Translations under genes and position numbers: made by a program
Assembly: GCA_963663385.2 (NCBI GenBank)
Contig: CAXXXD010000003.1
Coordinates: forward strand, 1,088,001-1,152,000
Length of the DNA stretch: 64,000 nt
Source of the DNA: Oceanispirochaeta sp.
GTDB lineage: Bacteria > Spirochaetota > Spirochaetia > DSM-2461
Direction: 5' to 3'
Part shown: positions 9,565 to 22,332 of the stretch, one piece after another
Position numbering within the stretch: position 1 is the stretch's first letter
Layout: every line of letters begins with the position of its first letter
Notes under the pieces: model-generated
Databases searched by the model: none
Seen by the model: only the letters and a program-made list of their open reading frames with translations
What the model was told of the DNA's origin: nothing

Positions 9565-11679
9565 ATGGAAACTTTCAAATTTCGAATTGGTGATGAGGAT
9601 CTCATCCTGGAAACGGGAAAAATTGCCCGACAGGCCAATGGGGCTGTTATTGCAAAATATGCCGGTTCTACCGTTATGGCTACAGTATGCTGTGGTTCAG
9701 AATCAGTAGAGGGCCTGGATTATGTTCCTCTTTCAGTGGATTACAATGAACGCTATTATGCAGCCGGAAAAATCCCCGGCGGTTTTCTTAAAAGAGAAGC
9801 CCGTCCTAAGGATAAGGAAATCCTGGTTTCCCGTCTGATAGACCGCCCTATGCGGCCACTTTTCTATAAGGCTTTCGGAAGAGAAATTCAGGTCGTTCCC
9901 ATGACCATTTCCACCGACCAGATTCATACACCCGATGTAATCGGGATGATAGCTGCCTTTGCAGCTGTTATGATTTCCGATATTCCCTTTAACGGGCCTG
10001 TTGCAGCCGTACGTGTTGCATCATTGAATGGTGAGTATGTTATCAATCCCACCTTTCCCCAGATTGAAGAGAGTGAACTGGATATTATAGTAGCCGCATC
10101 AAACGACGGCATCTGTATGGTCGAAGGCGGGGCTAAAGAAGTTTCTGAAGATCTGATGCTCGGCGCTATTCAGGCAGCGGAACCTGTTCTTAAGGATCTG
10201 TGTGACTTCCTGGCTGATATGGCTGCCAAATGCGGTAAGGAAAAACTTCCTTTTGCAGAAAAAACCATCACCCTTGACAGGTGGGATGATATGTATGCGG
10301 AGGCTTATCCTCTTATGGAAAAGGCTTGTTTTCTGGATGGAAAATTCGAAAGACGTCTTGCTATCAAAGAGATCCGCAACAATATGATGGAAAAGTACGA
10401 CAAGGAGATTCCCGAAGAGCAGCAGAAGCTTGTTGGAGATCTTTTTGAAGAACTGGAGCGGGTAATTATCCGTAAATCCATTATTGAAAACAATACACGC
10501 TGTGATAAGCGTAAAAGTGACGAGATCCGTCCTATCAGTTGTGAGGTTTCTCTTCTTCAGAGAACCCACGGTAGTTCTCTGTTTACCAGAGGGGAAACCC
10601 AGTCCATTGGTGTAACCACTCTCGGAAGCGTTCTGGATGAGCAGATTATGGACGATATTGACGGTGACAGACGTTCAAGCTTTATGCTTCACTACAACTT
10701 TCCTCCCTATTCCGTAGGTGAAACAGGCCGTCTCGGTACTGGCCGCCGTGAAATCGGACATGGGCATCTTGCACAGAGAGCTATTGAAGGCGTGTTGCCT
10801 TCCAAGGAGAAATTCCCCTATACAATCCGTGTTGTCTCTGAAATAACAGAATCAAACGGTTCCTCCTCTCAGGCAACCATCTGTAGCGGAACCATGTCTC
10901 TTCTTGATGCAGGAGTTCCTCTTAAGGCACCTGTTGCAGGTATTGCCATGGGGCTGATTAAGGAAGGGGATGACTTTGTTGTTCTTTCCGACATTCTGGG
11001 TGAAGAAGACCACATGGGTGATATGGACTTCAAGGTAGCCGGTTCGGAAGCTGGTATAACAGCTTTCCAGATGGATATCAAAATCCCCGGAATCAGTATT
11101 GATATTATGAAGAAAGCTCTGGCTCAGGCGTTGGCCGGTCGTCAGCATATACTCGGTATCATGAATGAAACCATCAGTAAACCAAATGAAGATGTTTCTG
11201 ATTTTGCTCCCAAGGTGCTTTCCCTTAAAGTTGACCAGGATAAAATCGGGATGCTGATTGGCCCCGGTGGTAAAAATATCAAGAGCATGTCTGAAAAGAG
11301 CGGTGCCAAAATCAATATTGATGAAGATGGAACAGTCAGCATTTTCGCCCGGGAAAAGAAGGGCGCTGTGATGGCTGAAACCATGATCAAAGGTCTGATT
11401 GAAGAACCCGAGGTTGGTCGAATTTATCAGGGTGTTGTAAAACGACTGATGGATTTCGGTGCTTTTATTGAAATTCTGCCCGGTAAAGAAGGACTCTGTC
11501 ATATTTCCAAGCTTTCAAAAGAACGTGTCAGCAATGTTTCTGATGTTCTGAAAGAGGGGCAGGAAGTGGAAGTTCGTCTGATTGAAGTGGATAGAATGGG
11601 ACGTATCAACCTTAGTGTTGTAGATGCTCAGGATCCCGATTGGAAACCCCGTTCCGGTGGCGGACACAACAGACGCTAA
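9565..11679 (+). CDS. pnp: Polyribonucleotide nucleotidyltransferase
   Basis: GKIPGGFLKRE, FTRGETQ, HYNFPP, GDMDFKVAG, KH and S1 domains. Confidence 0.98.
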   Translation: METFKFRIGDEDLILETGKIARQANGAVIAKYAGSTVMATVCCGSESVEGLDYVPLSVDYNERYYAAGKIPGGFLKREARPKDKEILVSRLIDRPMRPLFYKAFGREIQVVPMTISTDQIHTPDVIGMIAAFAAVMISDIPFNGPVAAVRVASLNGEYVINPTFPQIEESELDIIVAASNDGICMVEGGAKEVSEDLMLGAIQAAEPVLKDLCDFLADMAAKCGKEKLPFAEKTITLDRWDDMYAEAYPLMEKACFLDGKFERRLAIKEIRNNMMEKYDKEIPEEQQKLVGDLFEELERVIIRKSIIENNTRCDKRKSDEIRPISCEVSLLQRTHGSSLFTRGETQSIGVTTLGSVLDEQIMDDIDGDRRSSFMLHYNFPPYSVGETGRLGTGRREIGHGHLAQRAIEGVLPSKEKFPYTIRVVSEITESNGSSSQATICSGTMSLLDAGVPLKAPVAGIAMGLIKEGDDFVVLSDILGEEDHMGDMDFKVAGSEAGITAFQMDIKIPGISIDIMKKALAQALAGRQHILGIMNETISKPNEDVSDFAPKVLSLKVDQDKIGMLIGPGGKNIKSMSEKSGAKINIDEDGTVSIFAREKKGAVMAETMIKGLIEEPEVGRIYQGVVKRLMDFGAFIEILPGKEGLCHISKLSKERVSNVSDVLKEGQEVEVRLIEVDRMGRINLSVVDAQDPDWKPRSGGGHNRR

Positions 11680-11735
11680 AATAATTATGCTTAAAGCCGC
11701 ATTGCCGGTGGTTATTGACTAAAGCATGATTATAG

Positions 11736-11765
11736 AAGGGGCTGTCCTGGGGCAGCTCCTTTTTT
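11736..11765 (+). terminator. Intrinsic terminator after pnp
   Basis: AAGGGGCTGTCC-TG-GGGCAGCTCCTT plus T-run. Confidence 0.7.
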
Positions 11766-11784
11766 CAATTATAAAGGAAAATTC

Positions 11785-12225
11785 ATGGAAATAATTACAG
11801 TTCCTGTTACAGGAAAAAAGGAAATGTCTCCTCATTACGGTTCCGAACTGGCTGCCGGCGCCGATTTGCGAGCAGATATCGATGAGCCTGTTGTTATGGC
11901 TCCTGGCAGCTACGTTATGATTCCGACCGGTTTGAGAATGGCGATACCGGCCGGATTTGAAGGGCAGGTCAGGCCACGCTCCGGTCTGGCGGCTAAGCAT
12001 GGAGTCACAGTGCTTAATACTCCCGGAACGATTGATGCGGACTACCGGGGTGATGTGAAGGTTATCCTTATTAACCTGGGAAAGGAAGATGTTACAATCA
12101 GAAGAGGGGAGAGAATTGCCCAGCTGATTATTGCTCCCGTTTTAAGAGCCGAGTTTGAATGGACCGGCGATCTTGAAGAAACCGGTAGGGGAGCGGGAGG
12201 TTTTGGATCAACCGGTAGAGCCTGA
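11785..12225 (+). CDS. dut: dUTP diphosphatase
   Basis: [35 protein letters not shown]. Confidence 0.97.
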   Translation: MEIITVPVTGKKEMSPHYGSELAAGADLRADIDEPVVMAPGSYVMIPTGLRMAIPAGFEGQVRPRSGLAAKHGVTVLNTPGTIDADYRGDVKVILINLGKEDVTIRRGERIAQLIIAPVLRAEFEWTGDLEETGRGAGGFGSTGRA

Positions 12226-13337
12226 TGAAACGAAACCTCCTGTCAATTATGTCCTTCCTCTTATTTCTCCTTCATTTATCTGTTCCTGTTTTTGCAGAGA
12301 CTGACAATCCGGGAAGTTTGCTGGATAAACTTGAAATCGCCCGGGTTCGGGGCGATTTTCAGCAGATGGGATGGTTAAGGCTGAAACTGGAAAAGCTCCT
12401 GAATAATGAGGCGGATGCATTTGTCCGGACTGCAATCAAACGGGCCCTTTGGGTTGAACAGATCCCTCTGGATGGCAGTGGGATATTTGACTATGATATA
12501 TCAGCTATGGAATCGGATGGAGATGATATCTGGATAGGGAGTAGAAGTGGTGATATTGCCCGTTATTCCCTTTCAGAAAGGAGTTGGTTCATCCTTCGGA
12601 CCGGAGCTCCCTCTCTGGTTGTTAGAGCAGTCAATGCCATTGAAAACGACAGGGACCGGCTATGGTTTCTCTCCTATGGGAGTGTACTGATTTACGATAA
12701 AAGACAGGGCAGCAGTTTCCCGGTAGACCTTCCGGATCATGCGGATTACAGAGGGATGCAGAGTCTGTCTCTTCTGGGGAGGGGAATCCTTGTGGGAACG
12801 CAGTCCGGAGGCTTCAGACGCATCCTCCCGAATGAGGAAACCGTCATCCCCATAGAAGGCTTGAGGAATATTTGCTATTTGAAAAGGGTTGAGTCAAACT
12901 GTCTGATGGCAGGTACGGAAGAGGATGGGCTTTTTATGCTGGATCAGGCATTCCGACCTGTTCCGGTTATCAGCAATAACAGGCAAACCTCCTCTGTCCG
13001 TACCATATTGAAGGGGGACGGGTATTATCTGGCTGGTTCCTACGGGAATGGAATCTTTATGCTGAGAGGCGAAGAATATCCCTATGATTTTAAAAAGTTC
13101 CATACAAAGGGGAGCTGGATAACCGATGGAATTGAAATAAATGAGGGGTATTGTTTCAGTAGCCTGGGAAATGGTTTAATATATATGGATAAAAAAGATC
13201 TCACTATCCGGACTGCCGGTATAGCTGATGGTCTGCCTTCTCTCGATATTACATCAATGGAGTATTCCGCACCCTATATTATCTGCGGTACTCAGGGACA
13301 GGGGTTGTTAGTCGTACATGAGAACTTTTTTAAGTAA
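12225..13337 (+). CDS. Exported beta-propeller protein (Reg_prop-like repeats)
   Basis: Signal peptide ending VFA; repeated IWIGS/LVGT/LAGSYGNG/CGTQGQG blades; DGLPSLDI. Confidence 0.6.
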   Translation: MKRNLLSIMSFLLFLLHLSVPVFAETDNPGSLLDKLEIARVRGDFQQMGWLRLKLEKLLNNEADAFVRTAIKRALWVEQIPLDGSGIFDYDISAMESDGDDIWIGSRSGDIARYSLSERSWFILRTGAPSLVVRAVNAIENDRDRLWFLSYGSVLIYDKRQGSSFPVDLPDHADYRGMQSLSLLGRGILVGTQSGGFRRILPNEETVIPIEGLRNICYLKRVESNCLMAGTEEDGLFMLDQAFRPVPVISNNRQTSSVRTILKGDGYYLAGSYGNGIFMLRGEEYPYDFKKFHTKGSWITDGIEINEGYCFSSLGNGLIYMDKKDLTIRTAGIADGLPSLDITSMEYSAPYIICGTQGQGLLVVHENFFK

Positions 13338-14609
13338 ACGCTATTCCTACAATACGCTTTACATATACATAGCCAAAGAGTTTTTTCTTTCTTTCCTGGT
13401 TTCCTTTCTTTTTTTCTTTTTTATTTTTTTTATTAATCAGCTGCTCCTGCTGGCAGAGGATATTCTGGCAAAACAGGTGCCCTTTCAGTATGTTCTTAAG
13501 CTGATATTTTTCTCACTTCCTTCCATCATTGCCATATCTTTTCCTTTTGCTACTCTGGTGGGTACCCTGATGACATTCGGACGTTTCTCTTCGGATAACG
13601 AAATCCTTGCTATGAAGTGCTCCGGAATAACTTACAACAGAATATTCTTGCCGGTATTTATAATAGGCATTGCCTTCTCTTTTATTTCATTTTTCGTCAA
13701 TGATTATCTGCTTCCTCTGGGAACCATTAATTTTTCCAAACTTTATCGTGAGCTGATCTATAGAAACCCGGAAATGGAGCTTGAATCCTACTCTATCAAA
13801 TACTTTCAGGATAAAATCCTCATAACCGGACAGGTTGATGGAAAAAACATTGATAACATGGTGATAATAGAGAAAAACTCCGAATCAAACCGGCGTATCA
13901 TTACTGCCGATTCTGCTCAGATTGACAGTTCCTTCGAAGATAAGGGAGTTATTTCCTTTAAGCTGGATACTATCCTTGATCATGAATCGATAAAAAGGAA
14001 CAGGGGGGAGTTTTCCTACAGCCGGGCAGAGAGTATGATCTATAATATCCTGTTAAAAGATATAACCTCCTCTATCCGTAATCCCGGTCCCCGGGAGATG
14101 AGTTCTCCCGATGTGTACAAGGTTATAAAGGAGAAGGAAGTCAAATTCGCTTTAAAGGAAGAGCAGCAGAATCGGAAGGTCCTTGAGGACTTCGCCGCTT
14201 ATTACGGCGAATGGAGCAGTCTGGATTATGAGGCGAACCCCCGGAATCTTAACAGTTACTGGCCGCGCCTTGAATCAATGAACCGCAAATTTAAGGAAAC
14301 CTCTCAGGCAAGGGTTCACGACCGTTCCCTTCAGGTATGGAAGCTGGAGTTCTTTCAGAAATTCGCTATCCCTTTCTCCTGCCTTCCTTTTGTTATCCTT
14401 GCTTTTCCTCTTGGACTCTTTACAAAACGAAGCGGAAAGTCAGTGGGGTTCGGGATCGGCCTGTTTATCACAATAATCTATTGGGGAATGCTTGTGGCCG
14501 GGCGAACCATGGGAATCAGAACCTTCTATCCCCCCGGTTTAACCATGTGGTTTCCGAACCTCCTGATATTGACTGTCGGAAGCGTTCTCTATCTTTTCAG
14601 GATCGGAAA

Positions 14610-14613
<4 letters not shown>
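13318..14613 (+). CDS. lptF: LptF/LptG family permease (LptF-like)
   Basis: GRFSSDNEILAMKCSGI, 3+3 TM topology, W.PN near C-terminus. Confidence 0.85.
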
Positions 14614-16833
<2,220 letters not shown>

Positions 16834-16834
16834 T

Positions 16835-18391
16835 TTGAAAGAGACCACACGCCGCCAGAGTATGCTCTCCACTATCGCGGTTATGACCGGTACCCTTGGG
16901 TCCCGTATCCTCGGTTTTGTCCGAATTGCCCTTATCAGCATGTTTTTCGGAGCCGGGGGAGAGGCGGATGTACTTAATGCGGTATTCAACATTCCCAATA
17001 ACTTCAGAAAACTCCTGGCTGAGGGTGCTCTTTCTTCTGCCTTCATCCCGGAACTGTCCAGGCAGATTGTTCAGGATAAAACAGGAGAAAAAGCAAGAAA
17101 ACTGAGCCGGAACATTCTGGCTCTTCAGCTACTGATTCTGATTCCCCTCTCTCTGGTTTGTATATTCTTTCCCCAGGTGATTTTAAAGGTTTTTATCCGT
17201 TTTGAGGATCCGGCTATGACAGCACTGGCTGTCAGGCTCTTCCGCTGGCTGTTTCACTATATTCTGCTGATCAGCATTAATGCAGTGCTGATGGCTGTAC
17301 TCAACTCTCATAATCAGTTTCTTATACCTGCGGTGTCGCCTTTTCTCTTTTCTGTTTCAGTAATCACCTCTATTGTCATATGGCACAGTACTCTGGGAAT
17401 CTTTTCCATGGTGATTGGAGTTCTGGGGGGTGGGTTCGCCCAGATTATCTGTCAGTATCCGGCCTATCGAAAGCTGGGATACAGACTGGTCCCAAGGGTC
17501 GACTTTAAGGATGAGGCCTTCAGGCGTGTCATGAGACAGTGGCTGCCTGTACTGGTCACTTCCTCTATCTTTACAATCAATCAGCAGGTTGCCATTTTTC
17601 TGGCTACGGGACTGGAAGAAGGGAGTACAACAGCCCTCAGTAATGCCATTGTATTCTGGCAGCTTCCTTTCGGGATATTTTCCGCCTCCATTACAACGGT
17701 GCTTTTCCCGAAGATGAGCCGCCTGGCCGGATCGGAAAACTGGGATAAACTCTCTTCAACCATCCAGGACGGGATCCACATGCTGGCGGTACTGCTGGTC
17801 CCCTCATCCATTCTGCTTGCCCTGTTCGGTCCGGAACTGATCTCAACGGCTCTGCAGCGGGGGGAGTTCAATGCTGAAGATACAGCTCTTACAGCTCGGG
17901 TTCTGGCGGCATACTGTCCGGGAATGCTGTTTGTCGGTTCCTATAACCTTTTTCAACGGTCATTTTACTCCCTGGGAAACTATAGATACCCCCTTTATAC
18001 GGCGGCTGTGACAGTTGTAATGGATATAGCTCTTTCTCTTATTTTTATCCAGTTCGGATGGGGCGTTGCCAGCCTGGCCTGGGCCAATTCCATCGCCATG
18101 ACCACAGGGTGCTTTGTAATGGCTGCGGGAGCTGTCAGGGGGCGTATTAAAATGGCATATGTAAAGCTGGTGCAGCACCTATTTAGAGTTCTTGCGGCAC
18201 AGGTTCCAATGATCTTCTTTATTATGCTTTTAAAACACTTTATAACTGTCAATGCCTTCTACGAAGGAAGCAGTTGGATGAATTTTCTCGTTCTCGCGGG
18301 AGAGGGCATTGCATCGCTTGTACTGCTGTTTTTTCTTTACCTTTTAATGAAACTGGATGTCCTGACGATTCTTAAAAAGAGGGAGATCTGA
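16835..18391 (+). CDS. murJ: Lipid II flippase MurJ
   Basis: SRILGFVR, IPNNFRKLLAEGALSSAFIP, QLPFGIF, QRGEF. Confidence 0.95.
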   Translation: MKETTRRQSMLSTIAVMTGTLGSRILGFVRIALISMFFGAGGEADVLNAVFNIPNNFRKLLAEGALSSAFIPELSRQIVQDKTGEKARKLSRNILALQLLILIPLSLVCIFFPQVILKVFIRFEDPAMTALAVRLFRWLFHYILLISINAVLMAVLNSHNQFLIPAVSPFLFSVSVITSIVIWHSTLGIFSMVIGVLGGGFAQIICQYPAYRKLGYRLVPRVDFKDEAFRRVMRQWLPVLVTSSIFTINQQVAIFLATGLEEGSTTALSNAIVFWQLPFGIFSASITTVLFPKMSRLAGSENWDKLSSTIQDGIHMLAVLLVPSSILLALFGPELISTALQRGEFNAEDTALTARVLAAYCPGMLFVGSYNLFQRSFYSLGNYRYPLYTAAVTVVMDIALSLIFIQFGWGVASLAWANSIAMTTGCFVMAAGAVRGRIKMAYVKLVQHLFRVLAAQVPMIFFIMLLKHFITVNAFYEGSSWMNFLVLAGEGIASLVLLFFLYLLMKLDVLTILKKREI

Positions 18392-18393
18392 AA

Positions 18394-19842
18394 ATGAAGC
18401 GGCTTTTTCTTATTCTGAATATTCTTGCATTAATGACTTTCTTTCTGATAGCAGAGGAGAGTTCCCCCGATACAACCGAAGCGACTGCCGGTGTCTCAGA
18501 TACGGGTAAAGGGGATACCGAGTCTGAAGGGGATGAAAAGAAAGCGGAAGAGGATGCCCTTCAGATTGAATCTCTCAGAGAGCAGAAAAGGGATGTCCTG
18601 ATGTATGGAATTGATTCAGAGGTACTGGATGTTATTTCCACTATCAGTTCAGAGAATGACAGTACATTTGATGAAGATCTGAAAGAGCTTCTGGCTGTAA
18701 ATGATAATCCTGAAATCAATAGAGCTATCTTTGATTTTTTCGGTAGAAATGAATCGGACGCAGGTCGTGAGAAGGCCATACAGCTTGTACAGGATTACCT
18801 TGATGATTACGAGTTCAGTACAAACCTTATCCTTTCGGCTATATCCTATCTGGGGATAATCAGGGAAAAAGAAGCCGGCAGGCTTTTTTACGATATGCTG
18901 GACAATAATAACAAGAGCCTTGCCGGAGCCGCACTTCGGGGTATCGGAAAGCTGGAAGATGACTCCCGTGTTGAAGAAATCATGAAGTTCTATGAGGATA
19001 ACGAAGGGGACAGCGAGTACGAAGATCTGCTGGCTTCCGCTATTCTTGTTATGGGTGAACTGAACTGCATGGATGCTTCGGATACTTTCGAAGATATTCT
19101 GCTGGATGATGACGCCCCTTCCGTTCACAGGCAGTACGCCGCTATCTCAATCGGAAAACTGCAGACCGAGTCCGGTTTTGATCTTCTCAAAGAGCAGTAT
19201 CTTATATTGGAAGACAGCAATCTGAGGTCCTATGTTTTAAAGGGTTTGACTGAATACGACAAGAAAGAACTTGATAGTATTCTCATAACGGCTTTAAGGG
19301 ACTCCTTCTGGAGAATCCGTGTTGCTGCCAGCGAAGGGCTGGGAGAACGGAAAGTTGAGGATGCCGTTAATATTCTTATATATAAAGTAAAAAAGGACCC
19401 GGTCCGACAGGTGCGCTACTCATCCATGAAAGCCCTGGGCGAGATTGCCACAACAGAGGCGAATGCCTTCCTGCTAGAACAGTTTGAAGGAGCGCGGAAT
19501 CCCTTCGATATAAGGACGAAGGCTCTGGATATTATGCTTGATAAAAAAATGGACGGCGCCATAGAAAGCCTGAAGGCTGTTCTCGATGAAAAATGGGATA
19601 AGGATAAGGACAGTGAACTGGGACCTTTCTGTAAAACACTTTCCACTACCGAGTGGGCTGCCCTTGAACCTTTTTATAACGCTATGCTTCAGAACAAGGA
19701 TTTCATTATCCGTATTTATGGAATTCGCGGAGTCAAAATCAACAGGTTGAGTTCTCTGAAAGATCGGGTAGCCGAACTGGATGCAGAAGAGCAGCCAATT
19801 AATGTCCGGCGGGAAGTTAAGGCTGCTCTGGAAGAGTTCTGA
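18394..19842 (+). CDS. Exported HEAT-repeat protein
   Basis: Signal peptide; HEAT-like repeats (ALRDSFWRIRVAASEGLG, DPVRQVRYSSMKALG). Confidence 0.8.
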   Translation: MKRLFLILNILALMTFFLIAEESSPDTTEATAGVSDTGKGDTESEGDEKKAEEDALQIESLREQKRDVLMYGIDSEVLDVISTISSENDSTFDEDLKELLAVNDNPEINRAIFDFFGRNESDAGREKAIQLVQDYLDDYEFSTNLILSAISYLGIIREKEAGRLFYDMLDNNNKSLAGAALRGIGKLEDDSRVEEIMKFYEDNEGDSEYEDLLASAILVMGELNCMDASDTFEDILLDDDAPSVHRQYAAISIGKLQTESGFDLLKEQYLILEDSNLRSYVLKGLTEYDKKELDSILITALRDSFWRIRVAASEGLGERKVEDAVNILIYKVKKDPVRQVRYSSMKALGEIATTEANAFLLEQFEGARNPFDIRTKALDIMLDKKMDGAIESLKAVLDEKWDKDKDSELGPFCKTLSTTEWAALEPFYNAMLQNKDFIIRIYGIRGVKINRLSSLKDRVAELDAEEQPINVRREVKAALEEF

Positions 19843-19898
19843 ACCTGATTTTCCCCAATCAATATATAAATACAACCCGTTTGGACCACTCTTTTTAT

Positions 19899-19943
19899 TT
19901 GACAGGCAAATATTATTATGGTATGTTGATTGAAACAACAAAC
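19899..19943 (+). promoter_or_regulatory. sigma70 promoter with overlapping ROK/XylR-type operator
   Basis: TTGACA(19899)-17-TATGTT; dyad GTATGTTG-N7-CAACAAAC (19921-19943) covering -10/+1. Confidence 0.65.
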
Positions 19944-19950
19944 AATAATT

Positions 19951-21081
19951 ATGGCAGAGAATAAACAGTTAGAATCAAAACGAAATCAGACTCTTGTTCT
20001 TAAAGCAGTCCGTCAGAATCCAGGAATCAGCCGTATAAGGATTGCAGCCGATCTGGGCCTGAATCGTTCAACCATCACTCATATTGTAAATGATCTCCTT
20101 AGCAGGGGAATCGTAGGGGAAGTGGAAATCCCCCGTGAGTCAAAGGTGGGAGGACGTAAACCGATTGGGCTTGTCCTTGAGAAACGCAATTGCACAATCA
20201 TGGGAATCGAATGGCAGATCGATTTTATACGCTATGTCGTTCTGGATCTGTCGGGACAGGTTTTGAAGGAAGAAAAAGTCTCCAGACGAATCGGTAAAAT
20301 TGAGGAGCTTACAGTACTTCTGAAACAGCTTCTTCAGAAGGTTCAGGAGGAGGTGGGAATTCCTGTGAAAGGGCTTGGAATTGGAATCCCGGGCAGGGTG
20401 AATCCGCATAAAGGGATTATCATCCAGTCTCTTCCGCTTGGGCTCAGTGATTTTCCCCTGGCCGATTCTCTGGAAGGGGCACTCCGATTACCGGTTCTGG
20501 TTGAAAATGATGCGAACTGTTTCGCCTGGGGTGAAAATCTGGAATCTCCTTCGAATGTAAGGAACATTCTCTGTATAATCCTCGAATTTCACAATCTGAC
20601 GGACTTCTCTCTTGAAGATCAGGAGATAGGAATGGGACTGGTTCAGAATGGACAGGTTTATTACGGCTCTCGCTATTCTGCCGGGGAATTGAAAGGCTCC
20701 CTTATCGATTCATTACTCACAGAGGAGTTTCTAAGATATCTACGGGATAATTCCGGTATTTATAAAGCATCAGTCTCTCCGGAAAAAGATGATATTCTGG
20801 ACAGATATTTTTCCTCCCTGTTTTCTGCCCTGGCACCTATCGTTTCCACTCTGGATCCCGAGATGATCTTTCTGGGCGGGCAGTTCAGCAATTTCAAAAA
20901 AATGATCCGTGATTACCTGAACAGGGAGGATATCTTTACAAAGTGGGAATTCTCATCACGGAAAGAGTATGAAGTATCTTTCGGCAGTGCCGGTCATTTT
21001 CTGGCAAAAATGTTTTCAACTCCCGATTACGAAGAGGGTGTGAAAAACCTTCCCGTTTTCTGGGATTCCATATTGAAATGA
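19951..21081 (+). CDS. ROK family transcriptional repressor
   Basis: wHTH ISRIRIAADLGLNRSTIT, GGRKP, GIGIPG, VENDAN; ATG 19951 preferred. Confidence 0.92.
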   Translation: MAENKQLESKRNQTLVLKAVRQNPGISRIRIAADLGLNRSTITHIVNDLLSRGIVGEVEIPRESKVGGRKPIGLVLEKRNCTIMGIEWQIDFIRYVVLDLSGQVLKEEKVSRRIGKIEELTVLLKQLLQKVQEEVGIPVKGLGIGIPGRVNPHKGIIIQSLPLGLSDFPLADSLEGALRLPVLVENDANCFAWGENLESPSNVRNILCIILEFHNLTDFSLEDQEIGMGLVQNGQVYYGSRYSAGELKGSLIDSLLTEEFLRYLRDNSGIYKASVSPEKDDILDRYFSSLFSALAPIVSTLDPEMIFLGGQFSNFKKMIRDYLNREDIFTKWEFSSRKEYEVSFGSAGHFLAKMFSTPDYEEGVKNLPVFWDSILK

Positions 21082-21097
21082 AATTAAACTAAAGGAA

Positions 21098-22318
21098 ATG
21101 AGGATAAAAATGTTAAAAGGTAATGCGGTTATCGGTCAGTCCGGAGGACCGACCAGTGTTATTAACTCAAGTCTGGCAGGGGTGATTGAAGAAGCTCTGA
21201 AATCCCAAGAAATTGATAGAATTCTGGGAATGAACTATGGGATAGAAGGATTTATGAATGAACAGATGATCGATCTTTCAGTTCAATCCGAATCCGTAAT
21301 CGAAGGCCTTAAATCCACTCCTTCATCCGCCCTTGGTTCATCCCGTCATAAACTGACTGAGGCGGACTTTCCGCGGATACTGGAGGTTCTGAAAAAATTC
21401 AATATCCGTTATTTCTTTCTGATCGGCGGTAATGACACCATGGATACGATTCATCGGGTTGAGAAATACTGCCGTCAGGAAGGGTATGAGCTCTGGGGGA
21501 TCGGTATACCCAAAACTGTAGATAATGATCTGTATGGAACAGACCATACCCCGGGATTCGCTTCTGCTGCGCGAAGCAACATCCTGAATGTAAAGGAAGC
21601 GGGAATCCTGGCCAGGGATATGAAAAAAGTGGATCAGTTTGTTGTCTATCAGACTATCGGGCGGGAAGCCGGCTGGCTTGCGGCAGCAACGGCTCTGGCC
21701 GGTGAGAATCCGGAGGACGCACCTCATCTCATTTATTGTCCGGAACGGCCTTTTAACAAAGAGGCTTTTATACGGGATGCCAAATCGTGCATTGAGAAAT
21801 ACGGCTGGGTCTCGGTTGTAGTCAGCGAAGGACTGCTGTATGAAGACGGAACACCTGTAAGTGCGGCGGAGAGTCGGGATAAATTCAATAATACGGAATT
21901 CGGCGCCATGGGCGGAGCCAGTGTTGCTCTCAATGTTCACAGAATCCTGAGTGAGGCACTTCCCGGAGCCAGGGGAGAATTCCAGATTACTGAATCCCTA
22001 ATTATGAGTGCCATAGATCGTGCCGAACCGAATGATTTAAAGGAAGCGCTTTTATGCGGCAGAGAAGCAGTACGGCTGGCCGTATCAGGAGATTCCGGTT
22101 ATATGGTGACCCTGGAACGGGATACTGCTGATGGTGTGAGCTTTCATCCCGGTAAAGTCCCCCTTGAATCTGTTGCGGTAAGAGCAAAGGCCATGCCGGC
22201 AAATTATATCAACGAGGAGGGGAATCAGGTTACCCAGGCGTTCCTTGATTATATGAAACCCCTTATTTCCGATCTTCCGGAATTCACATCTCTGGAAAAG
22301 ATTTTTTATTCACTGTAA
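21098..22318 (+). CDS. PfkA-family phosphofructokinase, probably PPi-dependent
   Basis: QSGGPTSVIN, LGSSR, GGNDT (Asp at phosphodonor position), PKTVDND (Lys); start may be 21110. Confidence 0.88.
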   Translation: MRIKMLKGNAVIGQSGGPTSVINSSLAGVIEEALKSQEIDRILGMNYGIEGFMNEQMIDLSVQSESVIEGLKSTPSSALGSSRHKLTEADFPRILEVLKKFNIRYFFLIGGNDTMDTIHRVEKYCRQEGYELWGIGIPKTVDNDLYGTDHTPGFASAARSNILNVKEAGILARDMKKVDQFVVYQTIGREAGWLAAATALAGENPEDAPHLIYCPERPFNKEAFIRDAKSCIEKYGWVSVVVSEGLLYEDGTPVSAAESRDKFNNTEFGAMGGASVALNVHRILSEALPGARGEFQITESLIMSAIDRAEPNDLKEALLCGREAVRLAVSGDSGYMVTLERDTADGVSFHPGKVPLESVAVRAKAMPANYINEEGNQVTQAFLDYMKPLISDLPEFTSLEKIFYSL

Positions 22319-22332
22319 ATACAGGAGGCATT

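Noticed and set aside
14337..14609. N-terminal extensions in the ORF track (lptG; also rpsO 9073, ybjQ 40439, clostripain 63677)
   Set aside because: Better starts with RBS or translational coupling exist downstream.
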